64,000 nucleotides of DNA from Alphaproteobacteria bacterium (GTDB taxonomy: Bacteria; Pseudomonadota; Alphaproteobacteria; Bin95), in the NCBI GenBank assembly GCA_965205265.1, contig CBDBGH010000003.1:1760001-1824000 (forward strand). Reading direction: 5' to 3'. The position numbers and the translations under genes are program-made. The first letter of the stretch is position 1. Every line of letters starts with the position of its first letter. Under the pieces are notes generated by a model. It was not told where the DNA came from. It ran no database searches and was given only the letters and a program-made list of their open reading frames with translations. Positions 40,821 to 53,072 of the stretch are shown here, piece after piece.

Positions 40821-42047
40821 TTATCGGGAACGGACGCCGCCGCGCCCGGCAAGCACCGCGCCGGCGAGGTAGAGGGAACCTGCGATCAGCACCGGCCTGA
40901 CGCCGCCGAGGCGGTCCAGGGCAGCTTCCACATCCGTCGCCGCCGTCGCTTGCATGCCGGCGGCGCGCGCCGTTTCCGCCAGCGCTTCGGCGGGCACGGA
41001 GGCAGCGCTGCCGGGCACGGGCACCGTCACGGCCCGCTCGACATGCGGCGCCAGCGCGGCGAGGAAGCGGTCTCGGTCCTTGGTGTCCAGCATGCCGACG
41101 ACGAGGTCGAAACGCTCCGCCCGCCCTGCCAGCCACGCGGCCAACACCTGCCCCGCCGCCGGGTTATGGCCGCCGTCGAGCCAGATTTCGGGCGTCTCCG
41201 AGAGCCGCTGGAGCCGGGCCGGCCAGTGCGCGTCCTCCAAGCCGCGAACCAATGCCTTCTCCGGCAGACCGAAGTCCTCCAGGCAGGCGAGCGCAAGGCC
41301 GGCATTGCCCGCCTGGTGCGCCCCCGCGAGGCCGAGCTTCGGCAGGGGAAGCGTCAGCCGGCGTCCGTAATACACGCCGTCTGTCACCCGCCAGTCGTCA
41401 TGGACGGGCGCACCCGCTTGCGCCGCCTTCGCCAGAATGACGGCTCTGGCCTCCTCCTCCTGCGGGGCGAGCGCCAACGGGACGCCGGGCTTGACGATGC
41501 CGGCCTTCTCGGCGGCGATCTCCGCCAGCGTCTCGCCGAGGAACTGCGTGTGGTCGCGGGCGACCGGCGTTATCGCCGTCATGGCCGGGTGCTCGACGAC
41601 ATTGGTCGTGTCGAGCCCGCCTCCGAGCCCGACTTCCAGCAGCAGGACATCGGCGGGCGCGCGGGAGAAGGCAAGGAACGCTGCCGCCGTGGTGATCTCG
41701 AAAAAGGTGATCGGCCGGCCCTCATTGGCGCGTTCGCACTCTTCCAGCAGAGCCAGGAGTTCGCCGTCGGGCAGCATCTCGCCGGCCACGAGGATGCGCT
41801 CGTTGAACCGCACCAGATGCGGCGAGGTATAAGCATGCACCCGCCGGCCTGCAGCTTCGAGCATGGCGCGCATGAAGGCGACGGTCGAACCCTTGCCGTT
41901 GGTGCCGGCGACGTGGACGGTGGGCGGCAGCCGGCGTTCGGGGCTCCCCAGCCGCTCCAGCAGCCGCAGCACCCGGTCGAGCTTGAGGTCGATCAGTTTC
42001 GGATGCAGCGCCGTCAGCCGCGCCAGCACCGGGTCGAGCGCGCTCAA
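40821..42047 (-). CDS. folC: Bifunctional folylpolyglutamate/dihydrofolate synthase
   Basis: TTG start at the accD stop; HVAGTNGKGST, YTSPHLVRFNERI, TFFEITT, LEVGLGG.LDTTN, WLDGGHNP, IAGSLYLAG. Confidence 0.95.
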   Translation of the reverse strand: MSALDPVLARLTALHPKLIDLKLDRVLRLLERLGSPERRLPPTVHVAGTNGKGSTVAFMRAMLEAAGRRVHAYTSPHLVRFNERILVAGEMLPDGELLALLEECERANEGRPITFFEITTAAAFLAFSRAPADVLLLEVGLGGGLDTTNVVEHPAMTAITPVARDHTQFLGETLAEIAAEKAGIVKPGVPLALAPQEEEARAVILAKAAQAGAPVHDDWRVTDGVYYGRRLTLPLPKLGLAGAHQAGNAGLALACLEDFGLPEKALVRGLEDAHWPARLQRLSETPEIWLDGGHNPAAGQVLAAWLAGRAERFDLVVGMLDTKDRDRFLAALAPHVERAVTVPVPGSAASVPAEALAETARAAGMQATAATDVEAALDRLGGVRPVLIAGSLYLAGAVLAGRGGVRSR

Positions 42048-43003
42048 CCCTCGATCCGCTCCCGGCCTGCCTCGTCGGAGTCGTTTGCCGCCGCCGTCTC
42101 GACGATCTCCGGATTGGGCAGCATGGCCGCGCCGTCGGCCTCGTCCGGCGGCGGTTTCGGCTGCATCAGCATGGAAAGCAGGCAGCCGAGCGTGCCGCGC
42201 AGCTCCCGGCGATGCACCACCATGTCGATGATGCCGTGGTCGTGCAGATATTCCGCGCGCTGGAAGTTCTCGGGCAGGGTCTCGCGGATCGTCTGCTGGA
42301 TGACCCGCTGCCCGGCAAAGCCGATCGCCGCGCCCGGCTCCGCAATGGCGACGTCCCCCAGCATGGCGAAGGAGGCCGAGACGCCGCCGGTCGTCGGGTC
42401 GGTCAACAGCACGATATAAGGCAGCCCCGCCTCCTTGACCTCCGAGACCGCAATCGTCGTGCGCGGCATCTGCATGAGCGACAGGATGCCTTCCTGCATC
42501 CGGGCGCCGCCCGACGCCGTGACCGCGATCAGCGCGGCGCGCTGCACCACGGCGAGCCTCGCCGCCGCCAGGAAGGCCTCGCCCACGGCAATCCCCATCG
42601 AACCGCCCATGAAGGCGAAGTCGAGCAATGCTGCCACCGCAGGCTGGCCGTCGATGGTGCCGTGCGCCACGCGCATGGCGTCCTTGGTCTTCAGTTCCGT
42701 CTGGGCGTCCCGCAGCCGGTCGGTATAGCGCCGCCGGTCGCGGAACTTCAGCGGATCGACCGGCGCGTCCGGCAGCTCGATGGTTTCGTATATGCCGTGG
42801 TCGAACAGCATCGCCAGGCGTTCCGCCGCGGCGAGGCGCATATGGTGGTCGCAATGCGGGCAGACATTGATCCGCTCGCGCAGCTCGCGGTGGAAGATCA
42901 TCTGGCCGCAATTGTCGCATTGCAGCCAGAGGTTCTCCGGCACGTCCGTCTTGCGGACGAGGCTGCGCAGGCGCGGCCGGACGAATTCGGTAAGCCAGTT
43001 CAT
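42044..43003 (-). CDS. accD: Acetyl-CoA carboxylase carboxyltransferase beta subunit
   Basis: [54 protein letters not shown]. Confidence 0.97.
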   Translation of the reverse strand: MNWLTEFVRPRLRSLVRKTDVPENLWLQCDNCGQMIFHRELRERINVCPHCDHHMRLAAAERLAMLFDHGIYETIELPDAPVDPLKFRDRRRYTDRLRDAQTELKTKDAMRVAHGTIDGQPAVAALLDFAFMGGSMGIAVGEAFLAAARLAVVQRAALIAVTASGGARMQEGILSLMQMPRTTIAVSEVKEAGLPYIVLLTDPTTGGVSASFAMLGDVAIAEPGAAIGFAGQRVIQQTIRETLPENFQRAEYLHDHGIIDMVVHRRELRGTLGCLLSMLMQPKPPPDEADGAAMLPNPEIVETAAANDSDEAGRERIEG

Positions 43004-43803
43004 GCGCGCGCTCCCGCCACGCCGCCGGCAAGCTCGCGGGCGAGCGCGTCCACGCGCTCCAGCATGTTCGGGCCGCCCGCGCCGATCTCGCGGACAAGGG
43101 CCGATCCGACGACCGCCCCGTCCGCGACGCGGGCGACGGCGCCCGCCTGCTCCGCGGTGTTGATGCCGAAGCCGACTGCGACAGGCAGGTCGGTGAAGCG
43201 GCGCAGGCGTCCGACGGCGAACTCCACATCCGCCATGGTGGGCGAGCGCGTGCCCGTGATGCCGGCTATCGAGACGTAATAGACAAAGCCGCTGGCGCGT
43301 TCGAGCACGACAGGCAGGCGTTCCTCATCCGTCGTCGGCGCGACGAGGCGGACGATGTCGAGGCCGGCCCGCTCGGCGGGGCCGCGCAACTCGTCCTCCT
43401 CCTCGGGCGGCAGATCGACGGTAATCAGCCCGTCCACGCCCGCCGCCTTCGCATCCGCCGCAAAGCGCTCCGCGCCATAGCGGTATATCGGGTTGAAATA
43501 GCCCATGAGCACGATCGGCGTGTCGTCGTCCCCGGCCCGGAAGGCGCGCACGAGGTCCAGAATCCGCCTCATGTTCATGCCGGCTGCAAGGGCGCGCGCG
43601 CCCCCAGCCTGGATCACCGGCCCGTCCGCCATCGGGTCGGTAAAGGAGACGCCGATCTCCAATATGTCAGCGCCGGCCTTCGCCAGGCGGTGCAACACGG
43701 TGAAGCTGGTGTCGAAATCCGGGTCGCCCCCGCTGACGAACGCCACGAAGGCGGCGCGGTCCGCCTGCCGCAACGCCTCGAAACGCGCCGCGATCCGGCT
43801 CAC
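43000..43803 (-). CDS. trpA: Tryptophan synthase alpha subunit
   Basis: GTG start; [51 protein letters not shown]. Confidence 0.96.
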   Translation of the reverse strand: MSRIAARFEALRQADRAAFVAFVSGGDPDFDTSFTVLHRLAKAGADILEIGVSFTDPMADGPVIQAGGARALAAGMNMRRILDLVRAFRAGDDDTPIVLMGYFNPIYRYGAERFAADAKAAGVDGLITVDLPPEEEDELRGPAERAGLDIVRLVAPTTDEERLPVVLERASGFVYYVSIAGITGTRSPTMADVEFAVGRLRRFTDLPVAVGFGINTAEQAGAVARVADGAVVGSALVREIGAGGPNMLERVDALARELAGGVAGARA

Positions 43804-45020
43804 AGCTCGATTCCCAGCGCTTCGCCGACGCTGAAGACATCCTTGTCGCCGCGTCCGCACATGTTCATCACCAGGATATGGTCGCGCGGCAGGTCCGGCG
43901 CAGCGCGGACCACCCAGGCGAGCGCATGCGCCGGCTCCAGCGCGGGAATGATGCCCTCCAGCCGGGCGCAGAGCTGGAAGGCTTCCAGCGCTTCCGCATC
44001 CGTCGCCGACATGTATTCCGCCCGCCCGACATCCTTGAGCCAGGCGTGCTCGGGGCCGATTCCGGGGTAATCCAGGCCAGCCGAGATCGAATGCGCATCC
44101 GCGATCTGGCCGTCCTCGTTCTGGAGCAGATAGGTACGGTTGCCGTGCAGCACGCCCGGCGAGCCGCCGGTGAGCGAGGCGGCATGCTCCCCGCTCTCCA
44201 GCCCCCGCCCTGCCGCCTCCACGCCGACGATGCGCACATCCGGCTCGTCGAGGAAAGGGTGGAACAGACCTATGGCGTTGGACCCGCCGCCGATACAGGC
44301 GACCACCGTGTCCGGCAACCGCCCCTCGGTTTCCACGATCTGCGCGCGCACTTCGTCGCCGATGACGCACTGGAAGTCCCGCACCATCTCCGGATAGGGC
44401 GCGGGGCCTGCGGCGGTGCCGATGATGTAGAAGGTGTCGTGGACATTCGCGACCCAGTCGCGGAGCGCCTCGTTGAGAGCGTCCTTCAGGGTGCGCGAGC
44501 CGCTTTCGACCGCCCTCACTTCGGCGCCGAGCAGGCGCATGCGGAAAACATTGGGCGCCTGCCGGTCGATATCGACGGACCCCATATAGACCGTGCACGG
44601 CAGGTCGAACCGGGCGCAGACCGTTGCCGCCGCCACGCCGTGCTGCCCCGCCCCGGTTTCTGCGATGATCCGGGTCTTGCCCATGCGCCGGGCGAGAAGA
44701 ATCTGGCCGAGGCAATTGTTGATCTTGTGCGAACCGGTGTGGTTCAACTCGTCGCGCTTGAAGTAGATCCTCGCGCCGCCCAGATGCGCGGTCAGCCGCT
44801 CGGCGAAATAGAGCGGGCTCGGCCGGCCGGTATAGTGCTTGTGGAACCGGCCCATCTCCTCGTGGAACGCCGGGTCGTTCTTCGCATCCTCATAGGCGGC
44901 GCCGACCTCGCTGATGAGCGGCATCAGCGTCTCGGCCACATACCGGCCCCCATACAGGCCGAAATGGCCTCGCTCATCGGGCCCCAGGCGGTAGCTGTTG
45001 GCGGCGGTATCGGGACTCAT
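43800..45020 (-). CDS. trpB: Tryptophan synthase beta subunit
   Basis: [45 protein letters not shown]. Confidence 0.98.
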   Translation of the reverse strand: MSPDTAANSYRLGPDERGHFGLYGGRYVAETLMPLISEVGAAYEDAKNDPAFHEEMGRFHKHYTGRPSPLYFAERLTAHLGGARIYFKRDELNHTGSHKINNCLGQILLARRMGKTRIIAETGAGQHGVAAATVCARFDLPCTVYMGSVDIDRQAPNVFRMRLLGAEVRAVESGSRTLKDALNEALRDWVANVHDTFYIIGTAAGPAPYPEMVRDFQCVIGDEVRAQIVETEGRLPDTVVACIGGGSNAIGLFHPFLDEPDVRIVGVEAAGRGLESGEHAASLTGGSPGVLHGNRTYLLQNEDGQIADAHSISAGLDYPGIGPEHAWLKDVGRAEYMSATDAEALEAFQLCARLEGIIPALEPAHALAWVVRAAPDLPRDHILVMNMCGRGDKDVFSVGEALGIEL

Positions 45021-45078
45021 CGTCTTCGTTCCCCGGGTCGCGCAATCGCGCCGGACCATACGCGCGCCCGCTTCGAAA

Positions 45079-45720
45079 TCAAAGCGTTGCCGCCTTCTCC
45101 AGGAAAGCGCGGACCAGGGCCGGGTCCTTGACGCCCCGGCTCCGCTCGACGCCGGAGGACACATCGACAACGCTGGCTCCGGACGCGCTCACCGCGTCGG
45201 CCAGATTGTCCGCTGTCAGCCCGCCGGACAGCAGCCAGGGCAGATCCGGCAACGGAGCGGCAAGCAGCGACCAGTCGAAGGCAAGGGCATTGCCGCCCGG
45301 CAGGCGCGCGCCCGCCGGCGGGCGCGAGTCGAACAGCAGGCGGTCAACCGCCTTCTCGTAGGCAAAGGTCGCCGAGACATCGGCCGGCCCGGAAACGGGC
45401 AGCGCCTTCCACACCTCCAGGCCGAAATGCCCTCGGATTTTCGTAGCGCGCTGCGGGGTCTCGCGACCGTGCAACTGCAGGACATCGAGTCCTGCCGCTT
45501 CGGCTGCTTGTGCGATTGCCTCGTCGTCCGGATCCACAAAAAGCCCGACCTTGAGCACGGCGGGCGGCACATGCGGGGCGAGGCGCGCCGCGTCATCGGG
45601 CGACAGTTCCCGCGGGCTGCCCGGAACGAAGGCGAAGCCCACCGCCGCAGCTCCGCCCTCCACGGCGCTTTCCAGAACCTCCCGGTCCCGGATACCGCAA
45701 ATCTTGACCTGGACGGACAT
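45079..45720 (-). CDS. trpF: Phosphoribosylanthranilate isomerase
   Basis: [31 protein letters not shown]. Confidence 0.96.
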   Translation of the reverse strand: MSVQVKICGIRDREVLESAVEGGAAAVGFAFVPGSPRELSPDDAARLAPHVPPAVLKVGLFVDPDDEAIAQAAEAAGLDVLQLHGRETPQRATKIRGHFGLEVWKALPVSGPADVSATFAYEKAVDRLLFDSRPPAGARLPGGNALAFDWSLLAAPLPDLPWLLSGGLTADNLADAVSASGASVVDVSSGVERSRGVKDPALVRAFLEKAATL

Positions 45721-46028
45721 CAGGGAGCCGCAGGCAGCGCCGGGTTCTTGCCGCCGGCGCGCGTCGCGGCCGTTTCCTTCCGGCTGCCCGCCTCCGTTGC
45801 CTGCCGGCGAAGGCGGCGCCTGCGCGCCCGGCCGCCTGCAATCCCCGAAAACGCCCAGCCCGCAACCAGGCCGACCGCAAGCGGAACCAGAACAATAAGG
45901 TAAACCGGGAGCGATACGGTCGATCCAACCGGGAAGATACCGATCGCAACTTCGTGCATGTTTTCAACGGCGAAAAGGGCTGCGATCAGGGCAATCGCCA
46001 GGATGGAAGCTGCCCGGATGAGTGCCAC
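45720..46028 (-). CDS. LapA (DUF1049) family membrane protein
   Basis: Two TM helices, FAVEN...V motif, basic tail; canonical position after ihfB. Confidence 0.75.
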   Translation of the reverse strand: MALIRAASILAIALIAALFAVENMHEVAIGIFPVGSTVSLPVYLIVLVPLAVGLVAGWAFSGIAGGRARRRRLRRQATEAGSRKETAATRAGGKNPALPAAP

Positions 46029-46041
46029 GGCCGGTCCGCCT

Positions 46042-46329
46042 TTACTCCGTTTCCCCGTTCAAACGTTCGCGGAGGCGCTTTCCCGCCTTGAAGGCAGGCA
46101 TGAATTTTGCCTCGACCAACACGGGCGCGCCGGTTGCCGGGTTGCGGCCCGTGCGCGCCTGCCGTTCCTTGGTCCAGAACGCGCCGAAACCCCGTAATTC
46201 CACGCGGTCGCCCCGCGCGAGCGCCTCGGAGATTTCTTCGAAAAAGGTAGCAACTAATTTCACAACATCGCTGTAGGATAATTCCGGGTTTCGTTCCGCA
46301 ATTCTTTTGATGAGTTCAGAACGAGTCAT
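46042..46329 (-). CDS. ihfB: Integration host factor beta subunit
   Basis: [38 protein letters not shown]. Confidence 0.95.
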   Translation of the reverse strand: MTRSELIKRIAERNPELSYSDVVKLVATFFEEISEALARGDRVELRGFGAFWTKERQARTGRNPATGAPVLVEAKFMPAFKAGKRLRERLNGETE

Positions 46330-46355
46330 GTATAATCCCCCAGCGTCCCCCAATA

Positions 46356-47267
46356 CTAACGAAGCGCAGGATGCCAAACTGCCAATAGCCCGTCAAGCAA
46401 AAGCCGCTCCGCGGCGGTGTTTTTCCCGACTAAACGACCGACAATCCGGCCCAACCAGCCATTATCGCGCTCCGGGTCCCGGTCGATCGTTACGAGGTGG
46501 CGCCCGATACCGCGCTCCTCCGCCAGCCAGTCGCGCGCCGCACCCTCCCCGCCTATAGCATCGACGAGGCCGTTTCCGACGGCTGACCGCCCGGTGAAAA
46601 CGCGCCCGTCGGCAAGGGCTATCACGTCCGCCCGGCCGAGCGGGCGGCGCTCGGCCACTGTATCGACGAACAGGGTATAGATTTCATCGACGAGCGCCTG
46701 GGCAGCGGCGCGGCCGGCGGGCGTCAACCGCTCCACCGGATTGGGCATCGTCTTCAACGGGCCGCTGCGCACGACATCGACGCCAACGCCAAGCTTTTCC
46801 AGAAGCCCGACGACCTGGGGCGCCTGCAGAATGACGCCGATCGAGCCGGTGATGGTGGCGTTGCGCGCGAAGATGCGGTCCGCACCCACGGCGACCAGAT
46901 AGGCGCCCGACGCGCCCGTCGCGCCCATGACGGCGGCGACCGGCTTGGCTGCGCCGACCCGTCTCAGCGCGTCATGCAGCGCCTCGGACGCAGCCGCAGA
47001 CCCTCCAGTGCTGTCGATGAAGACCAGAAGCGCGCGAGCGCGGTCGTCCGCGGCGATTTCATCCAGCCGGCGCCGGAGCGCGCGGTCGTCGCGAATGAAG
47101 CCTTCGACATGGACCCGCGCCACATGGTCGCCGCCCCCGGCATACGGTATCGCTGCCGAATACAACACCGCCGCAAGCGCCGCCGCCGCCGCGAACAGGG
47201 CCCCGAACCGCCAGAGCCGAAGCTGGCGTTTCAGCCGCGCATGGCGGATCGGAGCGAGCGCAGCCAC
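46356..47267 (-). CDS. sppA: Signal peptide peptidase SppA (S49)
   Basis: N-terminal [33 protein letters not shown]; located between rpsA and ihfB. Confidence 0.9.
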   Translation of the reverse strand: MAALAPIRHARLKRQLRLWRFGALFAAAAALAAVLYSAAIPYAGGGDHVARVHVEGFIRDDRALRRRLDEIAADDRARALLVFIDSTGGSAAASEALHDALRRVGAAKPVAAVMGATGASGAYLVAVGADRIFARNATITGSIGVILQAPQVVGLLEKLGVGVDVVRSGPLKTMPNPVERLTPAGRAAAQALVDEIYTLFVDTVAERRPLGRADVIALADGRVFTGRSAVGNGLVDAIGGEGAARDWLAEERGIGRHLVTIDRDPERDNGWLGRIVGRLVGKNTAAERLLLDGLLAVWHPALR

Positions 47268-47285
47268 TGTTCTGCGCCGCTCCGG

Positions 47286-49046
47286 CTACTTGTCCGGGTC
47301 GTCGTTTTCTTCTTCGTCCCGCTGAGCCCGGTCCCGGAGCGCCGCGCCCAGAATGTCGCCAAGGCTCGCGCCGCTGTCGGAAGAGCCGAACTGTTCCATC
47401 GCCGAGCGTTCCTCGTCGATTTCCAGCGCCTTGATCGAAAGCTGGATACGCCGGCCGGCCTTGTCCACCTGCGTGACCTTGGCATCGACGCGCTCGCCCA
47501 CAGCGAAACGGTCCGGGCGCTGCTCCGAGCGGTCCCGCCCGAGTTCGCTGCGCCGGATGACGCCGGTGAGCTCGCCCGGCAGCGTCACCTCGAGGGCGTT
47601 GTCGAGCACGGCCGCCACCGTCACGGTCATCACCGAGCCCCGGCGCAGGGCGCCGCTGCGCGCGCCGCCGCGCGTCGCGCTCTCGAACGGGTCCTCGGTC
47701 AGCTGCTTGATGCCGAGACTGATGCGCTCTTTCTCAACGTCCACGTCCAGCACTTTCGCCTGGACCGTGTCGCCGCGGGAGAAGTCCTGCACAGCGTCGT
47801 CGCCCTGCCGGCCCCAGGCAAGGTCGGAGAGATGGACCATGCCGTCGATGTCGCCCGAAAGGCCCACGAACAGACCGAACTCGGTGATGTTCTTGACCTC
47901 GCCCTCGACCGTGCTGCCGAGCGGGAACTGCTCCAGGAAATTCTCCCACGGATTGGCCTGGGTCTGCTTGATGCCGAGGCTGATGCGGCGCTTCTCCAGA
48001 TCCAGGTCGAGGATGCGCACATCCACTTCCTGGCTGGTGGAGACGATCTTGCCGGGATGGACGTTCTTCTTGGTCCAGCTCATCTCCGAGACATGGACAA
48101 GGCCTTCGACGCCCGGCTCCAGCTCGACGAAGGCGCCGTAGTCGGTGATGTTGGTGACGCGCCCGAGATAGTTGGCGCCCACGGGGTATTTGAGCGCCAC
48201 GCCTTCCCACGGGTCCACCTGGAGCTGCTTCATGCCGAGCGAGATGCGCTGGGTGTCCAGGTTGAAACGGATGACCTGCACCTCGACCGTCTGGCCGATA
48301 CTGAGGGCTTCGCTCGGGTGGTTGATGCGGTGCCAGGCGATGTCGGTGACATGCAGCAGCCCGTCCACGCCGCCGAGGTCGATAAAGGCGCCGTAATCGG
48401 TGATGTTCTTGACGACGCCGTTCAGCACCTGGCCCTCGCGCAGATTGGCGATGAGCTCGTTGCGCGCCTCGGCGCGGCTTTCCTCCAGCACCGCGCGCCG
48501 CGACACGACGATATTGCCGCGCGAGCGGTCCATCTTGAGGATCAGGAAGGGCTGAGGCGCCCCCATCAACGGCCCGATGTCGCGCACCGGGCGTATATCC
48601 ACCTGGCTGCCGGGCAGGAACGCGACCGCACCGGACAGATCGACGGTGAACCCGCCCTTCACCTTGCCGAAAATGACGCCCGAGACCTTGTCGTTCGCCT
48701 TGAACGCGGTTTCCAGATGGCTCCACGCCTCTTCCCGCTTGGCCTTGTCGCGGCTGAGCACCGCCTCGCCGTTCTTGTCCTCGAGGCGTTCGACGTAGAT
48801 CTCGACCTCGTCGCCTGTCGAGATTTCCGCCGGCCGGCCGGGCGTCGCGAATTCCTTGAGAGGCACGCGCCCCTCCGCCTTGAGCCCGACATCGATCAGC
48901 GCCATGTCGTTTTCGACCGCGATGACCCGGCCTTTGACGACCGTTCCTTCGAAGCCCTTCATCGCTTCCAGCGACTCTTCCAGAAGGGCTGCGAAATTTT
49001 CCTTTTCGGCGCCTGCCGCGCCGGTTTCGGCAAGAGAAGTAGCCAT
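47286..49046 (-). CDS. rpsA: 30S ribosomal protein S1
   Basis: Six S1 repeats (AFLPGSQVD, NITDYGAF.., GLVHVSEMSW); start MATSLAE at 49046. Confidence 0.98.
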   Translation of the reverse strand: MATSLAETGAAGAEKENFAALLEESLEAMKGFEGTVVKGRVIAVENDMALIDVGLKAEGRVPLKEFATPGRPAEISTGDEVEIYVERLEDKNGEAVLSRDKAKREEAWSHLETAFKANDKVSGVIFGKVKGGFTVDLSGAVAFLPGSQVDIRPVRDIGPLMGAPQPFLILKMDRSRGNIVVSRRAVLEESRAEARNELIANLREGQVLNGVVKNITDYGAFIDLGGVDGLLHVTDIAWHRINHPSEALSIGQTVEVQVIRFNLDTQRISLGMKQLQVDPWEGVALKYPVGANYLGRVTNITDYGAFVELEPGVEGLVHVSEMSWTKKNVHPGKIVSTSQEVDVRILDLDLEKRRISLGIKQTQANPWENFLEQFPLGSTVEGEVKNITEFGLFVGLSGDIDGMVHLSDLAWGRQGDDAVQDFSRGDTVQAKVLDVDVEKERISLGIKQLTEDPFESATRGGARSGALRRGSVMTVTVAAVLDNALEVTLPGELTGVIRRSELGRDRSEQRPDRFAVGERVDAKVTQVDKAGRRIQLSIKALEIDEERSAMEQFGSSDSGASLGDILGAALRDRAQRDEEENDDPDK

Positions 49047-49123
49047 TCGGCTGCTGCGTTCCTTTCCAATTGCAAACCGGCTGGCCATTCGCCCTCATCG
49101 ACGAAAGGCAGGCCGATCCTTCC

Positions 49124-49774
49124 TCATCGCCCGCCCGACCCGCGCTGCAACGCCGCGAGACGCTCCATCGCCAGCAGAAATGCCCTCTGGAAGACCGCAT
49201 CCGGGGTCATCCCCGTGGTGTCGATCTCGACGGCATCGTCCGCCGGCTGCAATGGCGCGGTAAGCCGGGTGCGATCTCTCGAATCGCGCGCGGCAACCTC
49301 GGCCAGAACCTCCGGCAACATAAGCGTTTCCCCCTTTGACCGCAACTCTTCCAGACGGCGGCGTGCGCGCTCCTCCAGGCTGGCCGTGACGAACAGCTTG
49401 AGTTCTGCCTCCGGGCAGATGACGGTGCCGGTGTCGCGTCCGTCCAGCACGGCCCCCGGCGGCGTCGCCGCCACCCGCCTCTGGAACGCAAGCAGGGCGG
49501 TCCGCACGGCCGGCAGGGCAGCCACGCGGGAAGCCGCATCGCCCACCGCCTCGCCGCGCAGCCCGCGATCCTCGAGCATGGCCGGGTCCAGCGCTTCCGC
49601 GTGCGCGGCGGCCTCCCCGGGATCGTCGGGGTCGCCGCCAGCGTCCAACATGGATTTCGCGACCGCGCGGTAGATCGCGCCCGTGTCCAGATAGACATAG
49701 CCAAGCGCCGCCGCGAGCCGGCGCGCCAGCGTGCCCTTGCCGGCCGCGGCCGGCCCGTCAATGGTGACGATCAC
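49124..49774 (-). CDS. cmk: Cytidylate kinase
   Basis: [28 protein letters not shown]. Confidence 0.96.
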   Translation of the reverse strand: MIVTIDGPAAAGKGTLARRLAAALGYVYLDTGAIYRAVAKSMLDAGGDPDDPGEAAAHAEALDPAMLEDRGLRGEAVGDAASRVAALPAVRTALLAFQRRVAATPPGAVLDGRDTGTVICPEAELKLFVTASLEERARRRLEELRSKGETLMLPEVLAEVAARDSRDRTRLTAPLQPADDAVEIDTTGMTPDAVFQRAFLLAMERLAALQRGSGGR

Positions 49775-51105
49775 ACCTCGACCGCCGCGCCGAGTTCGTT
49801 CATCAGCCCGACAAATCCGGGGAAGGAGGTCGCCACCGGCGCGATATCGTCTATCCGCACGGCCTCGCGCGCCCCCATGCCCAGCACCATGAACGCCATC
49901 GCGATGCGGTGGTCGAGCCGGCTTGCGATCTCGACGCCGCCGCGGGGCTGCCCGCCCGTGACCTCCAGCGTGTCGGCGCTTTCTCGCACCTCGACGCCGC
50001 AGGCCGCAAGCCCGGCCGCCATTGCGCCCAGGCGGTCGCTTTCCTTGACGCGCAGCTCGGCCAGCCCCGACATGCGGGTGGTTCCCTCCGCGAACGCCGC
50101 GGCGACTGCGAGGATGGGGAACTCGTCGATCATGCTCGGCACCCGCTCCGGCGGCACATCCACGGCGGCAAGGCGGTTCCGGGCGAGCGTGATGTCGCCC
50201 ACCGGCTCGCCGCCCTCGACGCGCTCATCCGCCACGGAGATTTCGGCCCCCATCTCGCGGAGCGTCTCGATCAGCCCGATACGCCCCGGATTGAGGCCGA
50301 CGCCGGCAACCGTCACGCGCGAGCCCGGCAATATGGCCGCAGCCGCGAGCGGAAAGGAGGCCGAGGAGATGTCTCCCGGAACCGACACGGGGCGCGCGAC
50401 AAGCTCCGGCTCGCCGGTGAGCCGCACGACGCCGTCCTCCTCCTGCTGCACGGATGCTCCGAAATGCCGCAGCATGCGCTCCGTATGGTCGCGCGTCGGG
50501 GAGGGCTCCATCACCACCGTCTCGCCCGGGGTGTTGAGGCCGGCCAGCAGCACCGCCGACTTCACCTGCGCCGAGGCGACCGGCAGCTCGTAGCGCACCG
50601 GCACCGGGAAGCCCGCGCCGACGACCGTGAGCGGCAACATGCCGCCCGCCCGGCCGTGGAAGGCCGCGCCGAATCGGGACAGGGGTTCGCTCACCCGGCG
50701 CATCGGGCGGGACCGGAGCGAGGCATCGCCCGTCAGCGTCGCGGTCAGCCTGTGCGTCGCCAGCAGGCCGAGCAGAAGGCGCGCCGCCGTGCCGGAATTG
50801 CCCATGTCGAGCACGTCTTCCGGCTCGGTCAATCCTCCGACGCCGCGTCCGTTGACCTGCCAGCTTCCAAGCCCGGTGCGCTCCACCTCGATACCCAGCG
50901 CGCGCATGGCGGCCGCTGTCGCCAGCACGTCCTCGCCTTCGAGCAGCCCGTCGATCCTCGTTTCGCCAACAGCGACGCCGGCCAACATCAGCGCCCGGTG
51001 GGAAACCGACTTGTCGCCCGGTGCGCGCACCTCTCCCCGGAGCGCGCCGCAGGGATGCGAAACCGCCCTGCCTGTCCCGGTCACCGATCCGACCTCCCGA
51101 TTCAT
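49771..51105 (-). CDS. aroA: 3-phosphoshikimate 1-carboxyvinyltransferase (class II EPSPS)
   Basis: [50 protein letters not shown]; start approximate. Confidence 0.96.
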   Translation of the reverse strand: MNREVGSVTGTGRAVSHPCGALRGEVRAPGDKSVSHRALMLAGVAVGETRIDGLLEGEDVLATAAAMRALGIEVERTGLGSWQVNGRGVGGLTEPEDVLDMGNSGTAARLLLGLLATHRLTATLTGDASLRSRPMRRVSEPLSRFGAAFHGRAGGMLPLTVVGAGFPVPVRYELPVASAQVKSAVLLAGLNTPGETVVMEPSPTRDHTERMLRHFGASVQQEEDGVVRLTGEPELVARPVSVPGDISSASFPLAAAAILPGSRVTVAGVGLNPGRIGLIETLREMGAEISVADERVEGGEPVGDITLARNRLAAVDVPPERVPSMIDEFPILAVAAAFAEGTTRMSGLAELRVKESDRLGAMAAGLAACGVEVRESADTLEVTGGQPRGGVEIASRLDHRIAMAFMVLGMGAREAVRIDDIAPVATSFPGFVGLMNELGAAVEV

Positions 51106-51196
51106 TGCCTCGCCTTGTCGAATTCGTTTTGACACTACGCCGCCCTTCTGGCAAACGCTCGCCGCTTTCGTTTCATATAGTTGTCGGAGACCGCCC

Positions 51197-51517
51197 GTGG
51201 CCCGTCCGAATCTCGGCAGCAAGCGTGTCTGTCCCTCATGCAACGCCAAGTTCTACGACCTCGGAAAGGACCCCGCGACCTGCCCGGAATGCGGCGGGGC
51301 ACATCCCCAGGCGAGCTTCCTGAAGCCGCGCCGCGCCAAACCGCCCGCCCCGCGCGCCGCGCCCAAGCAGCCCGCGCCGAAGGACGAGAGCGAGGACGAT
51401 ATCGCTCTTGACGACGAGGGCGAGGACGACGGGGACGTCGAGGACCTGGACGACGGCGAAGACCTCGGCGATGTCGTCGCCGGCGGCGCCAAGAAGGATG
51501 GGGAGGACGACAACTGA
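51197..51517 (+). CDS. FYDLN acid domain (TIGR02300) protein
   Basis: [24 protein letters not shown] plus acidic tail; followed by tRNA-Ala as is usual. Confidence 0.9.
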   Translation: MARPNLGSKRVCPSCNAKFYDLGKDPATCPECGGAHPQASFLKPRRAKPPAPRAAPKQPAPKDESEDDIALDDEGEDDGDVEDLDDGEDLGDVVAGGAKKDGEDDN

Positions 51518-51614
51518 GCCGCTGACCCGCCCTTGTCGGCAATCGGCAGCAGAGACTATATTGAGGCTTCGCGACGCGCCGGCGAAGAGCTTGTGCATCG
51601 CGCGGACATGCCGG

Positions 51615-51690
<76 letters not shown>

Positions 51691-51699
51691 ATCCGCCCG

Positions 51700-51727
51700 A
51701 AAGGCCCGGCCGAGCGCCGGGCCTTTT
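51700..51727 (+). terminator. Rho-independent terminator after tRNA-Ala
   Basis: AAAGGCCCGGC-CGAGC-GCCGGGCCTTTT. Confidence 0.75.
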
Positions 51728-51759
51728 GCCGATAGGCCGCGGGGCTTGAGGACGCCGCG

Positions 51760-53001
51760 ATGCCCCGCCGGGCCGTAGCCGCCGCCCCGCTGCGGCTGCT
51801 GTCCCGCAAGCGCTTCCGCCGCGCCTGGGCCGCGGGCGCGCTGGCGGGCGGCGTGCGCTGGCTCGAGGTGCTGGCCGTGGGCTGGTATGTCGTCGAAGAA
51901 ACCGGCTCGCCAATGGCGGTCGCTCTGGTGCTGTTTCTCCGCCAGGCGCCGATGTTCCTGCTCGGCGCGTTTGCCGGCGCCATTTCGGAGCGCGGCGACC
52001 GGCGCGCGATTCTCCTCATTGCCTTCGCCGCCCTGGCCGCCGTCATGGGCCTGCTGGCCCTTCTGGCGTTCCTGGACCTTCTGACCGTCCATCATGTGGC
52101 GGCCGGGGTCTTCTGCAGCGGGATCGTCTGGGCGCTCGACTTTCCCGTCAGGCGGACCATGCTGGGGGACCTCGCCGGGCCGTCGCGCTTCGGCACCGCC
52201 ATGGCGCTCGACAGCTCCACCGCCAATTTCACCCGCATGCTGGGGCCGCTCGCGGGCGGCGTGCTGATGGATACCATCGGCATCGGCGGCGCTTATCTGG
52301 CCGGCGCGGCCTGTTTCGCCGGGGGCGCATCGCTGCTGCTTTTCACCTCCTACCGCCGGCCGCCGGCACCGCCTGCCGGCAGGGGCCTCTTCGCCGATAT
52401 CCGCGATGCCTTTGCCTATCTGCCGCACGCGCCGGTCGTCCTCGGCACAGTCCTGCTGACCGTGATGATGAACGTCTTCGGCTTTCCCTATCTGAACATG
52501 ATCCCGGTCATCGGACGGGAGACGCTTGAGTTGCAGGCGTTTGCGACCGGCTCGCTGATGTCCGCCGAGGCGGCGACCGCGTTCGCGACCGCGCTGGTCA
52601 TCGCCGCGCTCGTCCGGCCGCGGCATTTCCTGCGCCTCTACGTCATCGCCGGGGCGGCGTTCCTCGCCTGCGTCGTGGGCTTTTCCTTCGCGCCCGGCTA
52701 TCCCGAGGCCATGGTCGTGCTGCTGGCCAGCGGCATCGGCTTTGCCGGATTCGCGGCCATGCAGGGAGCGCTCATCCTGCACAGCGCCGCGCCGGCGATG
52801 CGCGCGCGGGTCATGGGTGTGATGACGGTCGCCATCGGCGCCGGCGGGCCGCTCGGCACGCTGCATGTCGGCTTCATGGCGGAACATTTCGGCCCCCAGA
52901 CCGCCGTCGGCATCATGGCGGCGGAAGGGCTTGCCTGCATGGCGCTCGTGCTGCTGGCGATCCCCGCGCTCCGCCCCTGGCGCAGGCCCGCGCCGCCATG
53001 A
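51760..53001 (+). CDS. MFS transporter
   Basis: ~12 hydrophobic segments, AGAISERGDRR loop motif, PAMRARVMG. Confidence 0.9.
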   Translation: MPRRAVAAAPLRLLSRKRFRRAWAAGALAGGVRWLEVLAVGWYVVEETGSPMAVALVLFLRQAPMFLLGAFAGAISERGDRRAILLIAFAALAAVMGLLALLAFLDLLTVHHVAAGVFCSGIVWALDFPVRRTMLGDLAGPSRFGTAMALDSSTANFTRMLGPLAGGVLMDTIGIGGAYLAGAACFAGGASLLLFTSYRRPPAPPAGRGLFADIRDAFAYLPHAPVVLGTVLLTVMMNVFGFPYLNMIPVIGRETLELQAFATGSLMSAEAATAFATALVIAALVRPRHFLRLYVIAGAAFLACVVGFSFAPGYPEAMVVLLASGIGFAGFAAMQGALILHSAAPAMRARVMGVMTVAIGAGGPLGTLHVGFMAEHFGPQTAVGIMAAEGLACMALVLLAIPALRPWRRPAPP

Positions 53002-53072
53002 GCGCGCGTCTTTCCTAATCCGGGCGCGAGGCCCATTATGGGCGGCGCCCTGCCAGAAGGACCTGCGTATCC